NCBI GenBank assembly: GCA_963749655.1
Contig: CAVVOB010000015.1
Location: 32,001 to 96,000 of the forward strand
Direction: 5' to 3'
DNA length: 64,000 nucleotides
Source of the DNA: Nitrospirota bacterium
Lineage (GTDB): Bacteria; Nitrospirota; UBA9217
Shown here: positions 53,063 through 62,975 of the stretch, in pieces
Layout: each line of letters begins with the position of its first letter
Position numbering within the stretch: the first letter of the stretch is position 1
The notes under the pieces: generated by a model
Database searches by the model: none
Seen by the model: only the letters and a program-made list of their open reading frames with translations
Told to the model about the DNA's origin: nothing
Made by a program: the position numbers and the translations under genes

Positions 53063-53848
53063 CTAATAGACTTCTTTCAAATGACAAAGTTGACAATCAT
53101 AGAACGGGAACGCAACCTTTGCATGACAGGCGCCGCAATACTTTCCGGCGAAGATATCCTGCATGTTGTATTTCGTCGATCCCTTTTTTGCTCCGAAAAT
53201 TTCAGGATGACACAATTCGCAGCCGTTGATTTCGGCGTGGATCTTGTGAGAAAAGATGATGTCCGGCATACCCAGGATCGTTGACTTGATGTCAAAGTCC
53301 TTCGGATTGGGGATGGCCTGTCGCTTGATGGAAATCCCCTCGACCAGGTCCTTGAGCTTGATCTGCCCGGCGGCCTCGGCTTTCATCCAGTCAACCCTGT
53401 TTCCAAACCGAGCCTGAGGGTAGTTCTTTAAATATTCGTTGAAATCATATTTGAACTTTACGTCCTTGCCGTAGGAATGGCAGCGGTCGCAGTTCTGCGT
53501 CTCGGACACAACCTTGTCGCGCGAGGTAGGACCGAAGGCCTCTTTCCCGTTGTGGCAGGAGCCGCAGTAAAGATTGTTCTTGTTGTCAGCTTCCCTGATG
53601 TCGCTGCCGCCGGCCTCCATGGCGAAACCAAGGTCCACGTGGCAGACCCTGCAGGTATACTTCGATCGGTGGAGCCAATGTTTGAACACTACCGGAGCTA
53701 TATTGCTTTTCTCCGAATAGTTGTTTATGACTACGTTACCGAACTCCTCGGGTCGCGGCATTCTTTTCTTGGTGCCGAAGTTGGCTGCAACCGCAAGGGA
53801 TGCAAACACCAGCACAAACACGGCAATGATCAGAACTTTGAATTTCAT
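53063..53848 (-). CDS. Hexaheme cytochrome, two c(7)-type triheme domains
   Basis: FKHWLH..CRVCH, CGSCH, CDRCH; FSH.IH..CELCH, CGACH, CQLCH. Confidence 0.9.
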   Translation of the reverse strand: MKFKVLIIAVFVLVFASLAVAANFGTKKRMPRPEEFGNVVINNYSEKSNIAPVVFKHWLHRSKYTCRVCHVDLGFAMEAGGSDIREADNKNNLYCGSCHNGKEAFGPTSRDKVVSETQNCDRCHSYGKDVKFKYDFNEYLKNYPQARFGNRVDWMKAEAAGQIKLKDLVEGISIKRQAIPNPKDFDIKSTILGMPDIIFSHKIHAEINGCELCHPEIFGAKKGSTKYNMQDIFAGKYCGACHAKVAFPFYDCQLCHLKEVY

Positions 53849-53936
53849 AATACCTTCTCCTTCCTCAGTTTATCATCTGCTGCAAGGCGTCCTTATTGAC
53901 GCGAACTCACTCGGACCATGATGGACCACCGGTGCT

Positions 53937-55390
53937 CTACCGGTGGCAGCTCAGGCACAAATCCGCCGGTTTCTCCGCTTTATAGCGGAAGAGATCCGAC
54001 CAGTCGGAGCTGTGCGGATTATGACAGCTGACGCAGGCCATCTTTCTCCCCGGCCGCCTCGGATCGTCCGCGCTGTCGAGAGGATGTCCGGCCTGTGATC
54101 CCTTTGCCTTGAGCCCCGGCAGCGTCGTTTTCGGGTGGGGATTGTTAAAGATGCCTTTGTGGCACTTCCTGCATGATTCATTTCCTTCGAACTTCGACAA
54201 ATTTTTGTACGGTGATGTGTGGTTGCCGTGGCAATCGTAGCACTTCCCGTCAGCGACAGGCTTATGCACGTTCTTGCCGGTGAATCCCTCGGTATTGTGG
54301 CAGGTGTAGCACAGGTCAGGCACTTTTCCGCTCAGGAGCTTGGGATTCTGGCTCTGATGCACGGTGTGGCATCCATTGCACATGCCGATCTTGAAGGGAC
54401 CGTGTTTTTCCTTGCCCCCCAGCTCCTCATTCATATGGCAATCAAAGCAGAGGGCCGGTGTCGATTTCGTCAGCAAATATTTCGACTTTGCAACATGAGC
54501 ATTGTGGCACGTCGTGCACCTCCCGCCCGCTACCGGCTTGTGTCCGTACTTCGCGCCTGTAAAGGATTTCTTATCATGGCACTTGTAGCACAGGTCCGGC
54601 TGCTTTGCCTGCAGAAGCTTCTCTGTTTTTGATTGATGCGAGGTATGACAGGACGAGGCAGTTGCCTTCCTCAACGGGAGCGTGCACGATCCCCCCGGTG
54701 TAGGCGCTCTTGTCGTGGCAGGAGTAGCAGAGGCCGGGTGAATCCGCTACAAGCAGATTTCTTGCGTTCTCGGAGTGCGGGTTATGGCAAGAATTGCATT
54801 TGCCGGAGATTACCGGTTGATGCTGCATCGCGCCTCTTGTCGGCAACGCTCGCCTTATCATGACACCGGAAACAAAGTTCAGGCATGCTGAAGGTCAGCA
54901 GTTTTTCGCTGTTGTCCGAACTGTGGGCCTCATGACAAAACATGCAGAGACCGGCGGCAGTGGGGAAATGAACGTTTTTCTTGGCAGCGATCTTCTTATC
55001 GTGGCACTTGTAGCACAGGTCCGGCATGGCCGTAGTCAGCAGCTTGACGTTGTTGGATGAATGCGGGTTGTGGCAGGATGTGCATTTGCTCGTGCCGATC
55101 GGCTTGTGCTGATACTGCTTTAAAAAAAGACCTCTGCTGTGGCAGTCATAACACAGATCAGGCTGATCGGCCTTAAGGCTCAAAGTGGCCTTGTCCTTGC
55201 TGGCATGAGGATTTTCGTGGCAGGCGCTGCACCCCTTCTTCATTGCTGCATGGAGCACCTTCCCCTTGCTCATTGCCTCATGACATTTATTGCAGTCCTG
55301 GTCCTGCGCCGCGGCCGAAGGACGCGCAAAAACGAGAAGAGATGCACAGAAGCATGCCATACAGAATGCGAGTAGGTTCTTACGTTTCAT
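53937..55390 (-). CDS. Multiheme cytochrome c (~19 hemes, doubled-CxxCH repeats); two frameshifts
   Basis: Joined ORFs 54782..55390 (7 CxxCH), 54574..54861 (2, plus 1 at the junction), 53937..54674 (9); signal peptide. Confidence 0.85.
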
Positions 55391-55453
55391 GTCCCTTTCC
55401 AGTCTTGCCCGAAGAAGCTCAGAATAGGATCGCTGCTCCAGCCACTGCGGAGT

Positions 55454-56751
55454 TTACTTGATCTGCCGTATAAATTGTTTGAGTTCGGAGTCATCGGGGG
55501 CGATCTTGAGAGCCCGTTCCCAGGTATCTTTCGCCCTGTCCTTCTTCCCGATTGCGTAATACCCCGATCCGAGCCTCTTCCAGGCAAGGATATTCTTCGG
55601 CTGCAGTTCAATGACGATGGTGCACTCCTGGATGGCCAGGTCGTAACGCCCGTCGTAAATATGATTCAATGCGGCGAAGAGGTATTGATCAACGATATTC
55701 ATGTCGCCCACCGGGGCTTCCATGGTCGTCAGGATGGAGACATACTTGAGCTCAAGGAATCCCTTGACCGCAATGGTCAGCGACGTCGGGTTCAGTTGAA
55801 ACGCATACCAGGCTGCGGCCATGGAGGCTTTGCGGTTGCCGTCGACGGCGATGTAGTGCGCCATCGCCGTTCTCATCATGTCGCCTGCCAGGTTCGCGTC
55901 GTCAATGCGAAGCGCCACTTTGGCGACATCTTCGAGCCGCGAGATCATGGTCTTGACGTCGATGTCGGTCGGGTTGTCGGCAAGGATCTTGCTGTAATAG
56001 TCGCGCGCGGTTATGTAGTCGCCCCGTTCATAGGCCTGTTTCGCATCGGCGTAGATGGTCTTCATTTTCTCACGAACTGCCGACGCTATGTACCGGGAAG
56101 CGGCTTCCTGCTTGTCGTCGATATCGAGGATCTTCTTCCATTCGGCAATCGCCAGATCGTACTGTTTGTCCTTCATGTAGGCGTCGGCCTGGTCGTAGTG
56201 TTTCTTGGTCCGGACATCGACGACATTGCTTTTTGCCTTGTTCAGGAGGCTCAGGGCTTTACGGTCGTAAGGTCTTACCGCGAGGATCTTCTCCAACTCG
56301 TTGACCGCGGACGATAGTCGTTTTCCTGGATGAACTTCTCGGCCTGCTCGTGCATCTCGTTGGTGGTCTTATCGGTAATGAGATTTTTCGTTGTGTCTAT
56401 CAGGGTCGCGAACCTGCGGTCGTCGGGGTTCATCTTCAGCAGCTTGTCCCACGTCTCGATCGCCTTGGCGTAATCCTCGTTCAGGAACGCGTCGGTCGCT
56501 TCCTTGCAGAACGGCTCCATCGACTGCTGTCTGGCCAGCGCCAGATAGCGGGATGCGGTCTTGTCGAAAGGATCGATGGAGAGGATCTCGTTCAACAGAG
56601 GCGCCGCCTGCTCGAATTTCCCCTCTCGGAGGAGAGCGACGACGTCCTTCTTGAGCTGATCGATCCGCTCGACCTGCTTCGGCGTTACGGCTTCAGCGCC
56701 GGCTGCAATGCAGAACAGAAGCAACAGAATAAGAGCAAAAGACTTTTTCAC
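55454..56751 (-). CDS. Secreted TPR-repeat protein; frameshifted
   Basis: Signal peptide MKKSFALILLLLFCIAAGAEA; tandem TPR helices across 56275..56751 and 55454..56296. Confidence 0.8.
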
Positions 56752-57417
56752 CCTTTGACTCCTCTGACCACGGTGATTTCGATGCGCCGGTTTTTTGCCC
56801 GTCCGGCGTCATCTTCGTTTGAAGAGGCGGGCCGATACTCGCCGAAACCGTGGGCTACCAGCCGCTCGGGGGGGATCCCCTTGTTGATGAAAAAATAAAT
56901 GACGCTGAAGGCCCGCGCCGACGACAGTTCCCAGTTCGACTGGTACTGCTGGGTGTGAATGGGAACATTGTCGGTGTGACCTTCTGCAATGATGCTGTTG
57001 CCCATGGGCTTCAGCTGACTCTCCAGATAGTCCAGGAAAAACAGGATGTCCTTCTTGAGGTCGGCGCTGCCGCTGTCGAAAAGGGCGAAGGCTCTCCATG
57101 TTGATCTCGATGTTGTGCGGGGTCATCTTGATGCGGATTTTGTCTTCCAATCCGTTTTTCTTGATGAAGTCCCGTACATTCTGGGCCAGCGCGATCTCCA
57201 GTTTCATCTGCTTGACCCGCGGATCGTTCGGGTTGGTCGATGCAAGATCGGAAAGCGCTGTTTCATATTCCACGGAATTGACCGAGGAAAAGGCGTAGAA
57301 CATGATGAAGAGAATGACGAGGGTGAGCATCAGGGTGCTGTAGGGCAGCATCCAGAGCTCGGTCTCCTCCATCTGTTCTTCGGTATAATGTACGAATTTC
57401 TGAAGAACCGATATCAC
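56748..57417 (-). CDS. MotB-like stator subunit 2 (TM lacks conserved Asp); frameshifted
   Basis: TM WMLPYSTLMLTLVILFIMFYA; LFDSGSA, GHTDNVPI, NWELSSARA, NRRIEI OmpA domain. Confidence 0.82.
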
Positions 57418-58084
57418 AGCGTGCTCCTGGGCTGACGCACGATCGTCAGCTCGATTCGCCTGTTCCGTGCGCGATGTTCTTCCGAATCATTCGGAAACGC
57501 CGGATGGAATTCGCCGTAGCCCGCGGCAACAAGCTGTTTCGGATCCATTCCTGATGAGGTGAAAAAGTTGACGACGCCGACTGCCCTGGCAATGGATAAT
57601 TCCCAGTTGGACCGGTAGGCTCCCCCGCGCACGGGTGTCGGGTCAGTATGGCCTTCGATGATAATGTCGTTCGGAAAGGGCTCGAACATACCCTACCAGA
57701 CTCTCCAGGACGTTGACTGTTCCGGGGTTCAGCTTGGCGCTGCCTATGGAAAAGAACGATTCGGGATTCAAAGCTATCTTAACGGACTTCTCGCCGACCT
57801 CTATGGTCGCTTTGCCGGCCAGCTTGCCCTCGGTCACCGCCTGCTGGAGCATGCGGATGGCTTCTTCTTCCCGCTGCAGCTTTGCCTGACGCTCGAGTTC
57901 CACCTGGTCGCGCGCCGATCTGTTGATGACCGTACTTTCCATGCCCGAAACGACCATCTGCTTATCTGCTGCGGTCATGCGGGTCATGGCAAAGAGCATG
58001 AGGAAAGAAAAGCATGAGGTTCGTGGTAATATCGGAGAAGATAATGAGCCAGATATTCCCTATTTCTTTTCGTTTTTCCGTCAT
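57414..58084 (-). CDS. motB: MotB-like stator subunit 1; frameshifted
   Basis: Manual translation from 58084: MTEKRKEIGNIWLIIFSDITTNLMLFFLMLFAM (W..F/Y.D motif); GHTD, NWELSIARA, NRRIEL. Confidence 0.8.
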
Positions 58085-58124
58085 GTCGTCGTCAGCCTTA
58101 CAGTTCTTCCTCGGGTCTCAACGG

Positions 58125-58896
58125 TTATTTCTGCCGCATATGAGCCATGATGAATGCAGTCAGTTTCTTCCGCAGAATGAGCGGCACATCGCCCTGCTGG
58201 ATCGACATGATGCCTTCAGCGATCATCTCTTTGTTGATGATGTCGCGTTCGCTGTGGTCCGTGAGCTTCGTGGCGATCGGGATGAAGACATTCGCGGAAA
58301 AGATCCCGTAAAAGGTCGCCGTGACGGCGTTCGACATGGCGGCGCCCATGCTCGAGGGATTGGACAGGTTGCGCAGCATGTCCACGATGCCCATGAGTGT
58401 GCCGAGCAGTCCGAAAATGGGGGCGACCGTGGCCATCGTCCTGAATGCTCCGGAGACCTTCTGCTGGTTATGACGCGTGTAGAATATCTCCCGGCCGAGG
58501 TTGTCCTTGATCACGTCATGATCGAGGCCGTCCACGAGCATCTGCACTCCATGAATGAGAAATTTGTCGGTCTGGTTGGGCAGTTCCGACGGAAGACTCT
58601 CGATGCCCTCCCGCCGTGCCTTTCTCGGCAAGAGTGGAAAGATGATCGATCATGTTTTCCATGTCCTTGTCGCTGTGCTTGCTCGGGAACAGGAGGATGC
58701 GAAGCGACGGGACGATTTCCTTGATCACCGGCCAGGGATAGGCGATCAGGGTCGCGCTGAACGTACCCCCGTAAACGATGATCAGGGCCAGGGGATTGAA
58801 AAGCATATGCAGGATGTTGCCTGCAGCGAGAACATACAGGATCGTCAGCAGTATCGCGACGAGCCCGATTACGGTCATTTTATCGATTTTTTCCAT
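58125..58896 (-). CDS. motA: MotA/PomA-like stator subunit; frameshifted
   Basis: LIIVYGGT, KARREG, FLIHGVQMLVDG, APIFGLLGTLMG, AVTATFYGIFSANVFIPIATKL, EGIMSIQQG. Confidence 0.9.
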
Positions 58897-58898
58897 GG

Positions 58899-60330
58899 TT
58901 AGCTGTTTTCAACCTCCACGAGTCCTTCGCTGATCAGCCGCCTTACCAGAACCATCACATTCTGCTTCTCCCGGCGCAGCCGCGTCGCTGAGAGAGGACG
59001 ACTGAGGTCCATTTCTTCCTTGAGCCGTTCCGATGCTCCGGCGCTCAGGGAGGTAATGACTTTCTGCTGGATCTCGACAGGAAGGGATTTCAAAACCTGG
59101 GCAAAGAGCGTGGCGTCGATGTTCCGGTACAGCGTCTGAACGCCCTGCACGGGCAGATCCCGGATGATGTTCTCCAGGCTCTTCACTTTCTGTTTCAGGC
59201 GCGTCGCGGTCTGGGCGTCTTTCGTCTCGAGTGTTTTTACGATCTTGTCGCGGACGTCGTCGCTCGTCATATCGAGCAGCGTGACCAGCTTTGCTCTCGC
59301 CTCCTACGACGTACGCCAGCTTGCTTTTGACCATCTCTTCGAGGGCCGCGACCTTTTCCGTGTTGATTTCTTCCTTGCCGAGCGCGAGTGCAACTTCGAC
59401 CTGCCGCTCCTTCGGGAAAAGTTCAAGGAGCCTCATGGCGATCGCGGGGTCGAGATAATTCGCCACAACTGCTATATCCTGGGGGGTCTTGTCCTTCATC
59501 AGGAACGCCAGACTCTGGATGTCACGCTCCCGGATGAAGGAAAACGGAAGAGACTGGTCGGCAGCCGGCGCACCTGCTCCGGAGCGGTCCGCTTTGCCGG
59601 AAAGGACCTCCCGCTCGTAGCTGGACGTACGTTCGACCGTATTGACATTAACGGAAGTCGAAGATGCCCCCCCGCGAATGTGATTCCAGTCGATGTCCTT
59701 GAGCGCCGGGGCGATTTTTTTCAACGGGTCCATGAAGAACATCCCGACGGCGACGAGCATGAAGCCGCCGATGATCGTCAGGAGAAGCCAGAAGAGGTTC
59801 GGCGGGAAAAACAGGGATGACCAGTAAAAACCCTTGGATTCGAAGTCTACCTTCTTTATGTTGATCTGGTCGCCGCGATTCTGGTTGTAGCCGATGACGT
59901 TCTTTGCGATGTCCTCGATAAGAGTCGCGATCGACCCCGGAACGCTTTTGTCGATCCATATCGACAGGACGATCTTGTTGACCTTGTACTTGCTGCTCCC
60001 GGCGCCGAACAGCATTTCCGATTGCCCCGCGCCGAATTCCTTCTTTTCCGGAACTCCGGGAAGTACGAGGGCGTTCGTTTTTTTCTTTTCAAGAAGCTTA
60101 TCGCTGTCCCCCCGTGCCGACGCCAGCTCGGCATTCACGAAAATGACGACCCGGTCGGTGCCGGTGATTTCCATGATAACCTGCTTCAGCTTTCTTTCGA
60201 GCTGGTTCTCAAGGGAAATCTTGAGTGCATAGTCATCGTTGACCTCGGCGTGGGCCCGATGAACGGTTGCAGCAAATGTCAATGACAGCAGCAGAAGGCA
60301 GAGCACGAAGCGATTCAGTTTATGAACCAT
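58899..60330 (-). CDS. FliF(RBM3)-TM-FliG(middle+C-terminal) fusion protein; one frameshift
   Basis: Signal peptide; LENQLERK..G..V.V..EL, LPGVP, IGYNQNRGDQINI (FliF C-terminal ring motif); TM; PFSFI..PQDIAVVANYL (FliG-M); ERLKEEM..VRRLISEGLV (FliG-C, 58899..59270). Confidence 0.8.
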
Positions 60331-60445
60331 TTTTCCCGATCCCCTATGTCTATAAGTTTTGGATTAAATTGATGCGGCCTTTGCAGCAACGAAAAGAATC
60401 ATGCCGTTCTGTTCAGGCACATTTTTTTCATAACCTGCTAATGAA

Positions 60446-60461
60446 TGCAAATAGCATACCC
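60446..60461 (-). promoter_or_regulatory. Sigma-54 promoter of motor/cytochrome operon
   Basis: Minus strand GGGTATGCTATTTGCA = GG-N10-GC. Confidence 0.65.
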
Positions 60462-60534
60462 TTCACAAGGGGGAAAATTCACAGTTAATAAACCGATTTT
60501 ATTGGTAATTATGGAATGTACTACTACGACTCAA

Positions 60535-60550
60535 TGAGCGTATATGCTCA
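60535..60550. promoter_or_regulatory. Palindromic putative enhancer (bEBP site)
   Basis: TGAGCGTATATGCTCA, 14/16 identical to 52036..52051. Confidence 0.6.
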
Positions 60551-60753
60551 AACATTGTTGATTAGCGCTCTATCACTGCCGTCATATGTTCGATAGCGCG
60601 ACACAATAACATATTGATTCAACATTTGTAAAGTGGAATCTTGTCTTTTAATTGAATTGCGTGTATGATACCCCCCGCAGATTTTTACGGGACCATTCAC
60701 CAAAAAAAATTCCCAAAATATTGGGTGCTGAGACCCGAAAAAAGGACGGTACT

Positions 60754-62397
60754 ATGCGTAACGTAGCGGTTGGAATATTGGTTTGTTTCATGATGGTAAA
60801 CATTGTCGGTACAGAAGCGTCGGCCGCCAAAAAAGACTCCAAAAAAACGACAAAACAAACGACCGCAACGCCTGCACAAACCGGGCAGGAGGCGGCCGCA
60901 AAGCCGGAAAAGTCGGAACCGATCAATGCACGGTACACCGACAAAAGCGACGGCACGATCCTGGACAAGAATACCGGGCTTGTCTGGTTGAAAGACGCAA
61001 ATACCGGAAGTCTCCCTTTGCCGTACGAGGGGGCAAAACAGTACCTCCAGGAAATGAACAGCGGCAGGAAGCCCAATTTCGGCTTTACCGACTGGCGCCT
61101 GCCTACCATCAATGAAATTGAGACCCTCGTCGAAAAAACCAGGTTCTATCCGGCGCTTCCTGCGGGCCATCCCTTTACGAACGTGCAGAATAATTATTAC
61201 TGGTCTTCTTCAACGGGCAGAGATGTCATTGACTATGTATGGATCGTCGACATCGCCTCGGGCGAAATGACCATGGACTATGTGTCGGCATGCAGCTACA
61301 AATTCCTCTGGCCGGTGAGAAGCGGCTGGATGCCGACTACTGCGAAAGCCAGCACGGTCATGACCGGAGGTTTGAACGAATTCGGACAGCTCGGCGACGG
61401 TTCAACGGGAGACCGGGACGCCCTTCTGCCCGTCAGCGGGCTTGACAATGTCGTCCGGGTCTCCGCAGGACTTGAACATGCCGTAGCGCTCAAATCCGAC
61501 GGCTCGGTGTGGGCGTGGGGAAGAAACAACGGCGGCCAGCTCGGAAACGGCTCCAGTGAAGACAGCCGCGTTCCTGTCGCAGTCAAGGACCTCTGGAAGA
61601 TCACCGATGTGGCGGCCGGCATGTTCCATACGGTCGCACTCGCTTCAGACGGCGCCGTCTGGACCTGGGGAAGGAACTCCTACGGCCAGCTCGGAAACGG
61701 CTCGAACACCGACTCCAACACTCCCGTAAAGGTTAAGGGCCTGTCGGGCGTCGTCAAAATCTCTGCAGGGATGTATCATACCGTCGCGGTCAAATCGGAT
61801 GGAACCGTCTGGACCTGGGGGAGAAATGTCTACGGTCAGCTCGGGAACGGCTCGAATAAGGACGAAAACAGCCCGGTGCAGGCTTCCGGACTTTCCGGCG
61901 TGATCAACGCAGCAGCCGGTCTGCATCATACCATTGCCCTGAAATCGGATAAAACCGTCTGGGCATGGGGCTGGAACATCAACGGGATGCTGGGGGACGG
62001 GACAAGCACTGACCAGATGAAGCCGGTGAAGGTGCTGGGACTTTCCGACATCACAGACATCGAGGCCGGGCTCCATCATTCTATCGCACTCAAGACGGAC
62101 GGGACGGTCTGGGCATGGGGCGGCAACGAATACAGCCAGCTCGGGAACAAAACGGCGAATGGGGCCACTGCCGTGAAAATCGAGGGGTTGGGGAACATCA
62201 AGAAAGTTTCCGCAGGGACCTACCATTCCATTGCGGTGATGTCCGATGGGACGATCTGGGTGTGGGGCAAGGACCTGAAAACACAGCCCGCGAAGCCCTA
62301 TCCCGTGAGGATCTGGGATGTGGCCGGGATCAACGATGTGGCCGCAGGAAGGTTTTATACGGTCGTGCTGAGCGGGGGCAAAACAACGGCGCCATGA
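60754..62397 (+). CDS. Secreted DUF1566 (Lcl C-terminal-like) + RCC1-repeat protein
   Basis: Signal peptide, DGTILDKNTGLVW, DWRLPTINE, YWSS; ~7 RCC1 repeats (HxVALKSDGTVWxWGxNxxGQLG). Confidence 0.88.
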   Translation: MRNVAVGILVCFMMVNIVGTEASAAKKDSKKTTKQTTATPAQTGQEAAAKPEKSEPINARYTDKSDGTILDKNTGLVWLKDANTGSLPLPYEGAKQYLQEMNSGRKPNFGFTDWRLPTINEIETLVEKTRFYPALPAGHPFTNVQNNYYWSSSTGRDVIDYVWIVDIASGEMTMDYVSACSYKFLWPVRSGWMPTTAKASTVMTGGLNEFGQLGDGSTGDRDALLPVSGLDNVVRVSAGLEHAVALKSDGSVWAWGRNNGGQLGNGSSEDSRVPVAVKDLWKITDVAAGMFHTVALASDGAVWTWGRNSYGQLGNGSNTDSNTPVKVKGLSGVVKISAGMYHTVAVKSDGTVWTWGRNVYGQLGNGSNKDENSPVQASGLSGVINAAAGLHHTIALKSDKTVWAWGWNINGMLGDGTSTDQMKPVKVLGLSDITDIEAGLHHSIALKTDGTVWAWGGNEYSQLGNKTANGATAVKIEGLGNIKKVSAGTYHSIAVMSDGTIWVWGKDLKTQPAKPYPVRIWDVAGINDVAAGRFYTVVLSGGKTTAP

Positions 62398-62418
62398 ACG
62401 GAGGTTACTGCTGCCTCT

Positions 62419-62736
62419 CTACTTGTTTTTGTTCGTTTCGATCATGAATTCGTACATGGCGCGGCAGTTCTTTAACCGCCGCAGATAAACTTTCTTTGCC
62501 GGATCGTTCGATGCCTGGATCTCCGGCGCGAGTTTGTCCGCCCGTTCAACAAGGGCCGACAGCTCCTTTGCGCTGAGAGAGCCCGAAGCATCCACCTTGG
62601 AGCAGATTTCTTCGAACGCCGCCTGCCATGCTTCTGCGGCGATGGCAGGACTGCCGGAGACGAGCGTGAACATGCCGGCCAGAATGAGGAGCGTGATGCC
62701 TTCTTTTATGGGTGAGAGGAGTCGATGATTTTTCAT
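62419..62736 (-). CDS. Small secreted helical hypothetical protein (Cys pair)
   Basis: Signal peptide; WQAAFEEICS...KVYLRRLKNCR. Confidence 0.65.
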   Translation of the reverse strand: MKNHRLLSPIKEGITLLILAGMFTLVSGSPAIAAEAWQAAFEEICSKVDASGSLSAKELSALVERADKLAPEIQASNDPAKKVYLRRLKNCRAMYEFMIETNKNK

Positions 62737-62975
62737 ACGTCTATTTAATCGGAAAATAATTATTCTGTCAAGAATAATATTTTTCTTTTTCCTCCTGAGC
62801 TTTCTTGGCCGGTATACTTCTCCGGCCGAAATTATGTGCCGGTTCGCGCCGTATCGGGCACACGGAATTTCACCACTGCGGCCTTCCGCCTCCTGAAACG
62901 CAAAAAGTGCACAGCCCTCACCTGACGTCTGTTTTCATCGCCCCGCCTTTCCGCGGTCCGACCTTCTTTGCAGGA

